64,000 nt of DNA, from positions 1 to 64,000 of IMG/VR virus record IMGVR_UViG_3300025168_000039; one strand, given 5' to 3'. Both the position numbers and the translations under genes were made by a program. The stretch comes from a virus. This document shows, in pieces, positions 17,296 through 27,239 of the stretch; position 1 is the first letter of the stretch, and the number at the start of each line of letters is the position of its first letter. The notes under the pieces are model-generated. The model was not told the DNA's origin and ran no database searches. It worked only from the letters and a program-made list of their open reading frames with translations.

Positions 17296-18297
17296 CTAGT
17301 TAAAAATGCTTGTGTAGTCGCCTTCAGCTTTTTCAACTTTAAGCTTCTCAGCAGCATATTGTTCAAGTGATATCCCCCACTTATTAGCTAAACGAACGTC
17401 TTCTTGTGTTAGTTTAACTTTATTACCCTTAGAGGTTTTAGGTGTGCGTGATGCACCAGCTACTACTTGAGCAGAATTTGATGACGTATCCTGCAAACGA
17501 GGTGTTTCAGATTCTTGGGTAGAAGTGTCCTGAAACCTTTGAGGATAACGACCGTGTAGTCTACTGTCGATTTCCTCATAAAAATCATTATCAGAAGGAT
17601 CGTATCCTTCATCTTTTAGTTCTTGATCTATAGACAAAGCAGCGGTAGTCATTATTTGATCTTTACCAAACCAATCATTCTTAGCTGCCCAATCAACAGC
17701 TTTCGGATCATATTTAGTAGGTTGTTGTTGTGGTTGACTTACCTGTTGTTGTTCTGTCTGTGTAGTATAATTTTCTAATGCTGTACGTTGATTAGTTATC
17801 TGACTAAGTTCAGCGTGTGCTTTACTAATACTTTCTTGTGCTATAAGTTGAGCATCTACGTCACTATTTTCTATAGCTTGTTTATAGATACTCTTAGCAG
17901 CTTCTAGATTATTATTTAATTGAGACTCACTATTATCTATAGAACTTTTTAAAGAAGTAGATAATTGTTCTTCTTTATAATTTAGTTGTTGTTGAAGTGT
18001 GCCAAGACGCTCTTCCATTTTTTCTAGTTTTTCATCACGTTCTTTACGTTGACGAATTAACTGGCGGATACGTTTCTCTGCGCCTTTAGTCTCAATACCT
18101 TCTAATTCTTTTACAGGCTGTTCTTTGTCTTCAGCTTCTTCAGGCTGTGCAGCTACTACTTCTTCAGCTTTTTCTTCTACAACAGCTTGAACAGGTTCTT
18201 CTTTAGTCTCTCCACCCTCTACTTCAAACTCAACAGCTTCTTGTTTTTCTACACCATCAACCTTAATGGTTGACCACTCTTCTTGATTCTCACTCAT
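17296..18297 (-). CDS. Capsid scaffolding protein
   Basis: Acidic coiled coil; WAAKNDWFG; C-terminal KLTQEDVRLANKWGISLEQYA. Confidence 0.75.
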   Translation of the reverse strand: MSENQEEWSTIKVDGVEKQEAVEFEVEGGETKEEPVQAVVEEKAEEVVAAQPEEAEDKEQPVKELEGIETKGAEKRIRQLIRQRKERDEKLEKMEERLGTLQQQLNYKEEQLSTSLKSSIDNSESQLNNNLEAAKSIYKQAIENSDVDAQLIAQESISKAHAELSQITNQRTALENYTTQTEQQQVSQPQQQPTKYDPKAVDWAAKNDWFGKDQIMTTAALSIDQELKDEGYDPSDNDFYEEIDSRLHGRYPQRFQDTSTQESETPRLQDTSSNSAQVVAGASRTPKTSKGNKVKLTQEDVRLANKWGISLEQYAAEKLKVEKAEGDYTSIFN

Positions 18298-18313
18298 TCT
18301 TTTTCCTTTACAT

Positions 18314-18358
18314 ACCGCTAGAGGCGAACCTAACGAATTAAGGTTTATCCTACGCCGT
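18314..18358 (-). promoter_or_regulatory. Structured 5' leader of the scaffold gene (UUCG-capped hairpin)
   Basis: Minus strand GGCG-TAGGATA-AACC(T)TAA-TTCG-TTAGGTT-CGCC, GC-rich within an AT-rich spacer, just upstream of the RBS. Confidence 0.45.
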
Positions 18359-18394
18359 TACTATATTTTATATTATTAAATATAAATACACAAA

Positions 18395-18814
18395 TTAATT
18401 TGAAAGATTAAAAGTTGGGTCTAGTAATTCTGGACTTTGTACTTTCATAATTATTTGGTCATCAAACAAGAGAAGTAGTTTAAGACCTTTATATACAAGT
18501 TTTTGTCCGCTAAACTTTCCATAACAAACATAGTCACCTGTGGCACACCATTTTCCTAGCGGGAACTTATCTTCATCCCCATATGCTAGATCACCTAGCT
18601 TTAGTACTTTACCTACAGTTGTAAGGTATGCTATATCATCCTGTAATTTTTCAGGGATAATAATACCACCTTTAGTTTTTTCTTTAACTATTACTGGTTG
18701 AACTAAAACGTGATAACCAGGAATACCCGGCAAATCATTTACATCAATTAAACTATTATCTGGGTTTACCCAATCTGAATTATTAATTGACTTCTCTAGT
18801 TGTACGGATTGCAT
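18395..18814 (-). CDS. groES: Phage co-chaperonin GroES-like protein
   Basis: VLVQP..EKTKGGIIIPE..GKVLKLG..GDYVCYGKFSG..LLLFDDQII. Confidence 0.85.
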   Translation of the reverse strand: MQSVQLEKSINNSDWVNPDNSLIDVNDLPGIPGYHVLVQPVIVKEKTKGGIIIPEKLQDDIAYLTTVGKVLKLGDLAYGDEDKFPLGKWCATGDYVCYGKFSGQKLVYKGLKLLLLFDDQIIMKVQSPELLDPTFNLSN

Positions 18815-19008
18815 TAATCTTCTTCCTCATATATTCGATGTTTAACTATATGTTTTAGTAAGTCCTGTGCAAACTCAATACCTTCTATCAGACCTACTGC
18901 TTGACGATACTCATCGTAACTAGAAGCGTTTCCATACGCAAGAGATTTTTTTGTTTCCTCTATCTTTTCTTTATACTTTAAATTTAACTCGTCCCAAAAT
19001 TCCATCAC
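18814..19008 (-). CDS. Small head-module protein
   Basis: GNASSYDEYRQAVGLIEG; translationally coupled to both neighbours. Confidence 0.7.
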   Translation of the reverse strand: MMEFWDELNLKYKEKIEETKKSLAYGNASSYDEYRQAVGLIEGIEFAQDLLKHIVKHRIYEEED

Positions 19009-21533
19009 TATCCTTTATCAGTATCAGAGATAAACTTACCTAACATGTCTGCTGCTTTAAGAGTTTTGTCTCTGTCAATGTTTGCTTCAGTATCTGCTAA
19101 TTCAAGCAGCGCTTCCATAGCTGCAAGTGCCTTCTTAGATTCCCTGTCACGTTCAGAATCCTCTGCTTTAGCTGTGATGTTAGCACCCTCTTTAAACATA
19201 TCCAATTGAATTTGTAGTTCTTTAAGATCAAGCTCACGTTGCTTATTAGTAGAGTTAACTACTTCTTTAGCCGCCTGTGCCTGAATTTTTTGCTGCTCAA
19301 TACCAAGCTTCTGTGCTTCGATCTGAACAAGCTGCGCTTCAGGAGACATTGCCTGTTGTTGCATAGCGGCAGCTTGATTAGCTTGGAAAACTTGTTGAGC
19401 AGCAGTAGCCATAACTGCTTCAATAAGATCAGGATTATTAGGATCAATGCCCTGCTGTTCTGCATCATTACCATATGTAGAAATCATCTCTTCTGTTATA
19501 CCAGTAATTTGTTCCTGGTATTTCAGCATAAGATGTTCCTGCATATTTGCTTCTAAAATTGGAGCTATTCGTTGCATTAACGGATTAGCGCCATTAGCAG
19601 GGTCTTGTAGGTATATAGTTTTAACTTGAATATGAGCATCATGGTTTTGACCAGTAAATGCTCTGATAGGCATTCCTTTAACTGCTGCAGCAATATCACT
19701 TACAGGATCAAGCGGAACAGGTTTTGGTTTGCTCGGCATAATCTTGTCTAGATTAGGAATATTCGCTGCATTAAGAATTGTTTTATTTAGCTCTTCAATG
19801 TCAAACATGCCTGGGGGCGATGACTGAGAGAGTTGTAGTGCAAGTTGTGCCATCATCATGCGATGGGCAGAGGAGGGTATATTAGGATCAGACACAGGAA
19901 TAATATCAATCCTGCCATCGAAGTCATCACGATATATTTTTAATGTACCATTAGGAATATCACACATAGACTCTGAAGGAAGATACTCATAGTTAATTCT
20001 TCCTAAGAGTTTAAATTCTTCTTTCTGAGATTTATGCAAACGCTTATGGATAGCACTGAAGAACTTACTACTGGCTTCTAACAAAGCCATTGTAGTTCCA
20101 ACAGGACCATAGTTTACACCATCAGCTATAACTTGTTCTGTACTATCTGCAAACTTCTGTGCTGTAGCAGTTACAAAGTTGAGCATCTGTAGAAGTGTTT
20201 GAGAAGGTTCTTTGTAAGGCAGGTTAATAATCATCTTAGAGATATCATTACCTGTAGCTTCTACTTCTTTAAACTCACCAGGAGATATAGGATCATTATC
20301 CCCTACAATACGCATACCTTTTGCTTTGAAACCTCCAGGTAAATTAGCAAACTGACCAGCATCTACTAGGCTACGCATAGCTGCAGTCGCTGTCATAGTA
20401 AGATTACCCAGGAAATGTATTAGACCTAGACCATAAAAACCGAATCCAGGGACAAAACGATAGTGTGTGAAGAAGATTTTCTTTTCTTTTCGCGGATCAT
20501 CTTTGTCATAGTTCCTACGAATAGCCAGAATATTCCTGCTTTTCTCTTCTATGGTGACAATATAGGGAAGAGCAATATCTTCTTCGTCTTCAAAGCCTTC
20601 TAAGTCTAGGTAACAGTGCTGCTCTAGCAGTACATATTGTGGATCATTGTCTCCCGATGGGGATAAACCCATAATGTTATCCATCTTTTGAGACATAGCA
20701 CTGCTCTCTGGCGCAGAAGCATCAGGTAATTCTACGTCTCCATACATACCTGCAGCAATATCTCTACGCATCTCTACTGGAGAACGGTAAATTACATGCG
20801 TATACCTATCTGCTCGACGTAAGTCTGTAGCATAATAGGATACATAGAACTGATCTATAGGGACAAACTCAGATACAGGACGATTTAAACCTGAATCAAA
20901 GTAGATTTTCTTGAAGGCAGAACCTATCAGAGGTAGGTGAAAGAGCATACGTTCAAACTCATCAAAGTATTCTGACATCTGGTCAGTAACCTGATAGTTC
21001 ATAAACTCTTCTACACGTTGTGCCTGATCTTCTTTCTCTTCAGATACATTTCCTATGATCTGAGACTTAACAGGTCCACTGGCAGGAAATAATTCTTGTG
21101 TAGCTTTAGACTGAAACTTGACTGCTGACTCAATAAGAACAGGATGTACTGCTGTACATGCTCCCTCAAAAGGTTCTGAGGTTTCTTCTAACTTCAAACC
21201 AAGAAGATCGAAGCCACGCTCAAACATACTCTCCCATTCACCACGACTATCTTTGTCTGCTACAAAATTATCATAAACTTCTTGAGAGATATCTTGAAGA
21301 ACATCATCATCTATTTCATCTGCTAAGTTTCTGTAAAACTCATCATCAGTTTCTTCTATCTGTTCATCAGACAATAATTCTTCTGCTGGGTTTTTAAACT
21401 CTACTATCACACCGCCGTCAGAATCATCATATTCAATAGTAGTTTCTTGCTCTGTGTTTCCCTCTGGTTCAAGCTTTATTTGAGTAACTTGAACTTGTGG
21501 GATAGGATCAAAGGGATTACGTTCAGTTGCCAT
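19008..21533 (-). CDS. Portal protein (P22-like with C-terminal barrel)
   Basis: 841 aa after terL; PFEGACTAVHP, GSAFKK, GFYGLG, Gln-rich tail. Confidence 0.9.
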   Translation of the reverse strand: MATERNPFDPIPQVQVTQIKLEPEGNTEQETTIEYDDSDGGVIVEFKNPAEELLSDEQIEETDDEFYRNLADEIDDDVLQDISQEVYDNFVADKDSRGEWESMFERGFDLLGLKLEETSEPFEGACTAVHPVLIESAVKFQSKATQELFPASGPVKSQIIGNVSEEKEDQAQRVEEFMNYQVTDQMSEYFDEFERMLFHLPLIGSAFKKIYFDSGLNRPVSEFVPIDQFYVSYYATDLRRADRYTHVIYRSPVEMRRDIAAGMYGDVELPDASAPESSAMSQKMDNIMGLSPSGDNDPQYVLLEQHCYLDLEGFEDEEDIALPYIVTIEEKSRNILAIRRNYDKDDPRKEKKIFFTHYRFVPGFGFYGLGLIHFLGNLTMTATAAMRSLVDAGQFANLPGGFKAKGMRIVGDNDPISPGEFKEVEATGNDISKMIINLPYKEPSQTLLQMLNFVTATAQKFADSTEQVIADGVNYGPVGTTMALLEASSKFFSAIHKRLHKSQKEEFKLLGRINYEYLPSESMCDIPNGTLKIYRDDFDGRIDIIPVSDPNIPSSAHRMMMAQLALQLSQSSPPGMFDIEELNKTILNAANIPNLDKIMPSKPKPVPLDPVSDIAAAVKGMPIRAFTGQNHDAHIQVKTIYLQDPANGANPLMQRIAPILEANMQEHLMLKYQEQITGITEEMISTYGNDAEQQGIDPNNPDLIEAVMATAAQQVFQANQAAAMQQQAMSPEAQLVQIEAQKLGIEQQKIQAQAAKEVVNSTNKQRELDLKELQIQLDMFKEGANITAKAEDSERDRESKKALAAMEALLELADTEANIDRDKTLKAADMLGKFISDTDKG

Positions 21534-21578
21534 GTTGTATATTGCCTTTGCTAAATAAATAATTTTTTAATTATAGTC

Positions 21579-23198
21579 TCAAACTCGCCAGTATGCAACT
21601 CGCTTCTGACTTCTATAGCCTTGATCATCCTCCCAATCAGGATCATCAGGATGCTCTAAACGCCAGCTATCTTTTACATAATGTATTGCCATTGTCATGG
21701 CGTCAACCTGATCATCATGTTTACCATATGGAAACATTATCATCTCTTCGTAAAGTTCTGTTGACCAACCTTTTCCTTCTGGTAGCCATACCCTTCCTGA
21801 CTCTAGCATAGGAGATGCAGAGATAACTCTACTAACCTTGTCTCTATCAGGAGTATACTCCAGTACAGGCAAACCACTTCTACGCATATCCTGTATCAGA
21901 GACTGTCCACTAGCCTTCTTTTCTACAAGACAAAAATCTGGCCTATGTCTTTTATATTCTTCTTGTGCTATTCTCCTCAAGTCAGGATACTCATATCTGC
22001 CTCTTTTACTTCCCAGTAAGATAATATTAGAGGCTACGTTTTCTTCTCCTGTTTCCGAATTATCATCATGGAAATAGAATATACCCCATGTCTGTATTAC
22101 TGAATAGTCTGCGGTTGTCTTTGTAGAAAACGCTGTATCATATGTCTGTAGAATAAAATCACAGCCAGGAGGATCACCATACTCCCACCAGCTAACCCAA
22201 TCCTTCTTAATTAAGCTACCTTCGTCTGGTGTAGGATTCTGCATGTACAGGCTTTCCCAGTACTTTGATCCATTAGTAGACCTTATCTCCATTTCATCTT
22301 GTTTTAAAATTGCATCACTTTTCCATTCAGGAAAGTAACTTGTTCCTATAGGTAAGCCTAGTAACTTACTGGAATCTTCATCTACCCATGCAGGTATACT
22401 AACTACATCCCAACGAATATCTGTATCTATATCAAACTTATCTTGTTGCTTTAGCAGCCACCCGCAAAGATCATCATAATGATAACGAGTATTAATAATA
22501 ATTATTGCACCATTAGGCATGATACGTGTGCGTAAACCTGACGGCCACCACTGCTTAATATACCTTCTACCTGCATCAGAGAAACTATCTTCTTCTGACA
22601 TTGCATCATCAAGAATAGCTACATGTGCGCCACGACCCGCGATCTGACTACGAACACCTGCAGCATAGTAGCTGCCATTCAGGTTTGTCTTCCACTTACC
22701 TGCTGCCCGTACATCCTGTCTAAGGTTTACTTCAGGAAATATATCTCTGAATTCTTCTGTTCCTACTATGTCCCTGACTGATCTACCAAAGTCACTGGAT
22801 AGTTGATCAGAGTGACTGACTGTCAATATCTCATGGTTAGGATTTTTACCTATGTACCATGCAGGGAATAACTTAGAACATATTACTGACTTACTACTAC
22901 GAGGAGGGAGAAACACCATAAGGCGTTTTATTTTACCATCTACTACCTTCTGCAGTTTGTCTGATATAACTTCAATATGCTTACCCATCTCCCAATCAGA
23001 TATCAGGGTAGGTGCCATTAACTTAACAAATGTTAAGAAGTCGCTCTCACACTTTGACGATGTTATATCTTTTAGATTATTTCTTACTTGAAGAAGTGTA
23101 GCGTACTTAAACTCTTGTTCCTGTATAGCTTCTTCCTGACTAGCAGTTAGCTGGGTGACGCCATCCTTCTCTTCCTTATGGTCTTCTGACAATGACAT
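21579..23198 (-). CDS. terL: Terminase large subunit
   Basis: Walker A PPRSSKS, Walker B AILDD, DTAF..K..ADYS, HDDQVDA nuclease motif. Confidence 0.95.
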   Translation of the reverse strand: MSLSEDHKEEKDGVTQLTASQEEAIQEQEFKYATLLQVRNNLKDITSSKCESDFLTFVKLMAPTLISDWEMGKHIEVISDKLQKVVDGKIKRLMVFLPPRSSKSVICSKLFPAWYIGKNPNHEILTVSHSDQLSSDFGRSVRDIVGTEEFRDIFPEVNLRQDVRAAGKWKTNLNGSYYAAGVRSQIAGRGAHVAILDDAMSEEDSFSDAGRRYIKQWWPSGLRTRIMPNGAIIIINTRYHYDDLCGWLLKQQDKFDIDTDIRWDVVSIPAWVDEDSSKLLGLPIGTSYFPEWKSDAILKQDEMEIRSTNGSKYWESLYMQNPTPDEGSLIKKDWVSWWEYGDPPGCDFILQTYDTAFSTKTTADYSVIQTWGIFYFHDDNSETGEENVASNIILLGSKRGRYEYPDLRRIAQEEYKRHRPDFCLVEKKASGQSLIQDMRRSGLPVLEYTPDRDKVSRVISASPMLESGRVWLPEGKGWSTELYEEMIMFPYGKHDDQVDAMTMAIHYVKDSWRLEHPDDPDWEDDQGYRSQKRVAYWRV

Positions 23199-23201
23199 GT
23201 T

Positions 23202-23327
23202 TTACTTTCTTTCTTTAGCTGCTCTCTCTTCTCTACAGCATTTGCAGTTACAGTCTCCCTCTGTATGTTCTATATGAAGTTTCCCACAAGTACAATAGTC
23301 TTCTTTGTTATCGCAATCTTTGTCCAT
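23202..23327 (-). CDS. 41-aa Cys/His-rich peptide (metallothionein-like)
   Basis: MDKDCDNKEDYCTCGKLHIEHTEGDCNCKCCREERAAKERK; GAGGT RBS; ends 3 nt before the terL start. Confidence 0.6.
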   Translation of the reverse strand: MDKDCDNKEDYCTCGKLHIEHTEGDCNCKCCREERAAKERK

Positions 23328-24360
23328 GACAATACCTCTTACATTATCTTAAAAATATTATTCTAACACCCTCCCCTTATGAAGACAACAAAAAGACTAT
23401 CAGTACACACTATACCCATTACTCATACCTTTTTTGAATACATTCTTATATGGTAGCGATGTTGCATAAATGCAACACTAATATATTATTTTTATTTTTT
23501 TATTATTTTTTCTTGATAATGTTATTTTTGTCTGTTATAATTATATATATAGAGACACTACAGAGTAGAAATTCTAATAGCAGTTAGAAGATAATAAATA
23601 ATAATAATAAAGATAAAGTTAGAATACCTGTTACATAGAGTTTATATAATATCTATATATATAGCGACATAATAAAAAAGTTTAACAAGCCTTATTTTTA
23701 AAATTAATTTTACTGTACGTGAATTGCTGAAAATAAACTAAGGGGGTGTTTCCTAGATTGGATGCACCTCTTTTTTTGTTTGAATTTTAGTAGGTTTATC
23801 AAGCCTTGTATTTTTGGTCTGTATATGTCATAGGCATATATATATAATACAACAAAGCAAAATTTTTTTGCAGGGGTATAGCTAAAAAAATCCCTAGAAA
23901 ATCCGTAGAGCGTTCAGCGTTTCCCTTTTTCAGGTTGTCTAGATTTAAATGATGGCTTGCGTGTCCTGACCAAAACGGTCGAGAGAACAAAACGTGAACA
24001 TACAGAAAGCACCACATGCCCCCTTATGCTCACTTAGAGTATATACCCCTCCCCCATATATAAAGATATCCTTATGCTTATATGTATATAAAGAATTCTT
24101 TATATAAAAGGATGCTTTTCTTCTTATGTCTTCACACCACACAATCCCCAAGCTTTCCAGGTTTATCCGCATAGCTAATGCATAACTCATGCGCTTAATG
24201 CATAGCTCCATGCTTATGGTTTTGTATATTATATAGACGCCGAATGATTATAAAAAAAGTGTTAATTAATTAATTTAATCCTTGACGTTCATTTGTTCAT
24301 ATGTTCTATTATGAATACACCAATGTTAAAACATTAACCAAACTCATAAGGAAATTAAAA
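23328..24360. promoter_or_regulatory. Non-coding divergent control region; probable physical genome end/pac region
   Basis: About 1 kb, very AT-rich, no credible ORF, at the switch from minus-strand late genes to plus-strand early genes. Confidence 0.6.
23985..23999 (+). promoter_or_regulatory. Alphaproteobacterial-type LexA box (GAAC-N7-GAAC)
   Basis: GAACAAAACGTGAAC is an exact match, in non-coding DNA. Confidence 0.45.
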
Positions 24361-24362
24361 CA

Positions 24363-24518
24363 ATGTTGAACTCTAAAGAAACACAACAAGCATCTAATTT
24401 CATTAAATCCATAAAAGATTTAGATAATATGGAATTAAAAAACAATTTTGAAAAACTAACCTCGAACTCGAAAAAGACACTAAAAGGAATTGTTCAAAAA
24501 ATAGATGCAATAAAGTAG
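24363..24518 (+). CDS. First early gene, 51-aa hypothetical protein
   Basis: MLNSKETQQASNFIKSIKDLDNMELK...; AAGGA RBS; TTGACG upstream at 24282. Confidence 0.55.
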   Translation: MLNSKETQQASNFIKSIKDLDNMELKNNFEKLTSNSKKTLKGIVQKIDAIK

Positions 24519-24835
24519 TAACACGGGGGAGGTGTGAAAGCCTCCCCACTACCACCAACACAAGGGCAGAAAAATGATAAATATAAACGAAATGCTGACA
24601 AAATATAATCTTGTTGAACTTCAAAACCACGCCAACAATGTAGAGCAAGATCATCTTTCGTTTTGTTCCTTGTTCAAAACAGAAGCACAATTCGAAGCAC
24701 TAGCGGCAAAGCTGACAAAACGGAGCAAGCGTTAATGTTCAATTTAAATACTTTAATCCTTGCAATCCTCACAGCCGCCTTTATTGTGGGCGTACATTAT
24801 ACAACAAACTACTTTTTTAGTTAGGAGCTAAGACA

Positions 24836-25528
24836 ATGGCAAAGGTGAACGGTTTAAAATTATTAGGCGTGGGCAATAATGCAAAGACAATCAAAGGCGA
24901 TGGTTCGGAGTATCTAACGGCTATTATGTATCTACTGCCGGATGATTTCCTATGCCCGATGGCACGGCTTGCAGGATGTAAAACTGGCTGTCTTAATACA
25001 GCAGGACGCGGCGCATTCAATAACGTGCAAGCTGCTAGGCATAGAAAGTCTAAACTGCTATTACAAGTGCCAGAAGAATTTGACGCGCTATTGCGTAAAG
25101 ATTTGGACAAGTTCCAGAAGTATTGCGAACGTAAAGATATAAAACCCGTTGTGCGATTGAATGGGACAAGCGACTATAACTGGCTAAAGATTATTAGAGA
25201 CTATCCTGCTATTCAGTTTTATGATTATACCAAGGTCTATAATCGAGTAGCTAAAGACTGGCCTAGTAACTACCACCTAACCTTGTCCTACTCAGAAGCT
25301 AACGATACATACCGCGACAAGGTTATAGAGTATGCCAACAACTACGGCGCCAACATGGCGGTAGTATTCAGGGATAAAAATAATATTCCTAAGAAGTTTT
25401 TAGGCCGCAAGGTTATAGATGGTGATAAGGATGATATGCGCTTTCTCGATCCATCTAATGTTGTGGTGGCGCTGTATGCCAAGGGCAAGGCTAAGAAAGA
25501 TGCAAGCGGATTTGTTGTTGACGCATAA
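24836..25528 (+). CDS. Gp88-family protein (Cys-triad, radical-SAM-like Fe-S motif)
   Basis: CPMARLAGCKTGCLNTAGRG, VRLNGTSD, QFYDYTK, NYHLTLS, DGDKDDMRFLDP. Confidence 0.8.
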   Translation: MAKVNGLKLLGVGNNAKTIKGDGSEYLTAIMYLLPDDFLCPMARLAGCKTGCLNTAGRGAFNNVQAARHRKSKLLLQVPEEFDALLRKDLDKFQKYCERKDIKPVVRLNGTSDYNWLKIIRDYPAIQFYDYTKVYNRVAKDWPSNYHLTLSYSEANDTYRDKVIEYANNYGANMAVVFRDKNNIPKKFLGRKVIDGDKDDMRFLDPSNVVVALYAKGKAKKDASGFVVDA

Positions 25529-25749
25529 CTTTAACTTAGGAGAATAGGACAATGGCTATTAAATATTATGCAAGCGATTTTGATAGGAGAGACGACCAAT
25601 ACTTTAACAACTCACCTGATATAGGCATGACTAAGGAAGACGTTAAGCAATGGATTGAATATATTATGAGAGAAGAAAATGAAACCGCGCCTTAATTACG
25701 ACACATTTATAGCCATAATGGAATTAGAAACTAATAGAGAGATAAACCA

Positions 25750-26013
25750 ATGCCAACGAATTTCATACTCAACTGCGACGATTGCAACGGTAGTGGAGAG
25801 ATACGATACGGCGACCATGGTGGCGCAGAAGGTACAGCACAACCATGTGAATATTGTGAAGGGACAGGCGTCAAATGGTTCAGCGACTACTATCCTACAT
25901 GGGGCGATCTATTGCTAGATGTACCTAATGCAATGACGTTGAAGCAATGCCGAAATGTATTAGGTACTGAACCAAACTGGCCGCCTGAGAACACAACAAG
26001 AGGAGACTTTTAG
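25750..26013 (+). CDS. Small protein with DnaJ-type zinc finger
   Basis: CDDCNGSG and CEYCEGTG. Confidence 0.7.
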   Translation: MPTNFILNCDDCNGSGEIRYGDHGGAEGTAQPCEYCEGTGVKWFSDYYPTWGDLLLDVPNAMTLKQCRNVLGTEPNWPPENTTRGDF

Positions 26014-26015
26014 AT

Positions 26016-26210
26016 ATGGAGAAGAAACTAATAACACTATTGGAGAAACAGCGGCCACTATCAACGGGTAGCATCCATCATTATTATGAAGTTTCAACCC
26101 TACGCAATACTTGTGAGTTCCATATAGGTGAAGTAGTAAAAGCAACGAAAGTGCGCGCCATGTGTATGGATAGGGATAGCTATAGAGTAACAATAAGAGG
26201 CGACAAGTAA
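26016..26210 (+). CDS. Hypothetical early protein
   Basis: AGGAG RBS; operon packing. Confidence 0.55.
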   Translation: MEKKLITLLEKQRPLSTGSIHHYYEVSTLRNTCEFHIGEVVKATKVRAMCMDRDSYRVTIRGDK

Positions 26211-26530
26211 TGGTATGCAGAACTAAAAAGAATAGCTATGCAGATAAGATATTCGTAACTAATACACATTCGGCAGTAGCACATGTGACTAGGCCAAAGG
26301 AAATACCTATGAGAATTAAAAAAGAAAATAGCATCATTGACGATAGCTCGGAATGGTACAACACCTTCGTAGATGTTCGCTACCGGCTAGACAAAGAATA
26401 TGAAACAGTATGCAAGCGATATGATATAGATCAAGACAATAGAATTTACAACAAGATAGAAGATGTATCGAGAGAAATAACTAACGCAATACATTACCAG
26501 GAAACTACTGCTAACACTAAACAATATTAG
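26210..26530 (+). CDS. Hypothetical early protein
   Basis: Translationally coupled to the previous ORF. Confidence 0.55.
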   Translation: MVCRTKKNSYADKIFVTNTHSAVAHVTRPKEIPMRIKKENSIIDDSSEWYNTFVDVRYRLDKEYETVCKRYDIDQDNRIYNKIEDVSREITNAIHYQETTANTKQY

Positions 26531-26641
26531 AGGTATAAAATATGTTTGATGTTTTACTCTGGGTTATTCCCTTCACAATTTTAGGCGTAGTCTTATACAG
26601 AACTTGTCCCTTTAGATATTTTTAGAGTAGGAAATTAAATT

Positions 26642-27238
26642 ATGCATGAATATAAATGTAGGATAGTTAGGGTAGTAGATGGCGACACGGTAGACGTTGA
26701 CATTGATCTAGGCTTTGGCGTGTGGTTAAACAATCAACGTGTTCGGCTGTATGGAATAGACACGCCAGAGTGTAGGACAAGGGATAGAGAAGAGAAGTAT
26801 TACGGCTTCATGGCGAAGGCTTTAGTTAAAGACTTCTTGCCTGAAGGATCGACACAACGGCTGTCGACACGGCTAAAGGGTAAAGGTAGAGGAAAATTTG
26901 GCAGGATACTAGGTGAATTCTGGGTCTACGATGCTTGGACAGACAGGGAGACAACTCTAAACAAGGCGCTGCTAGTCAGAAATTATGCAGTTAAGTACGA
27001 TGGACAATCGAAAAAAGAAATAGAAGATAGCCATAAATTAAATAGAGAAACTATTTGTAAGAGGTTAGGTTATGAAAAAGACTTCTTTAAAAGCAAGTAC
27101 TCTGCAGAGAATTATAAAAAGCAGAGAGAAGATATTATCCTACAGCCCGCCCGATGTTCTGCACAAATCGGACAACCTTTTGCAGCGCCATGGCAACTTT
27201 CGCAACTCGGGCCAGAAGCGAAGAAGAAGAGGAAGTGA
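26642..27238 (+). CDS. Thermonuclease (SNase-like)
   Basis: RVVDGDTVDV, RVRLYGIDTPE, GKFGRILG. Confidence 0.9.
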   Translation: MHEYKCRIVRVVDGDTVDVDIDLGFGVWLNNQRVRLYGIDTPECRTRDREEKYYGFMAKALVKDFLPEGSTQRLSTRLKGKGRGKFGRILGEFWVYDAWTDRETTLNKALLVRNYAVKYDGQSKKEIEDSHKLNRETICKRLGYEKDFFKSKYSAENYKKQREDIILQPARCSAQIGQPFAAPWQLSQLGPEAKKKRK

Positions 27239-27239
27239 T

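Noticed and set aside
24287-24310. Second LexA box at the early promoter
   Set aside because: GTTC units are spaced by 4 nt, not 7
23799-24690. Minus-strand ORFs 23799..24017, 23945..24211, 24403..24690
   Set aside because: Low-complexity AT-rich translations without RBS; plus-strand micro-ORFs with RBS explain 24363 onward
27072-27239. N-terminal half of the 113-aa ORF 27072..27413
   Set aside because: Overlaps the thermonuclease gene; homology with 47199..47360 begins at the Met at 27240
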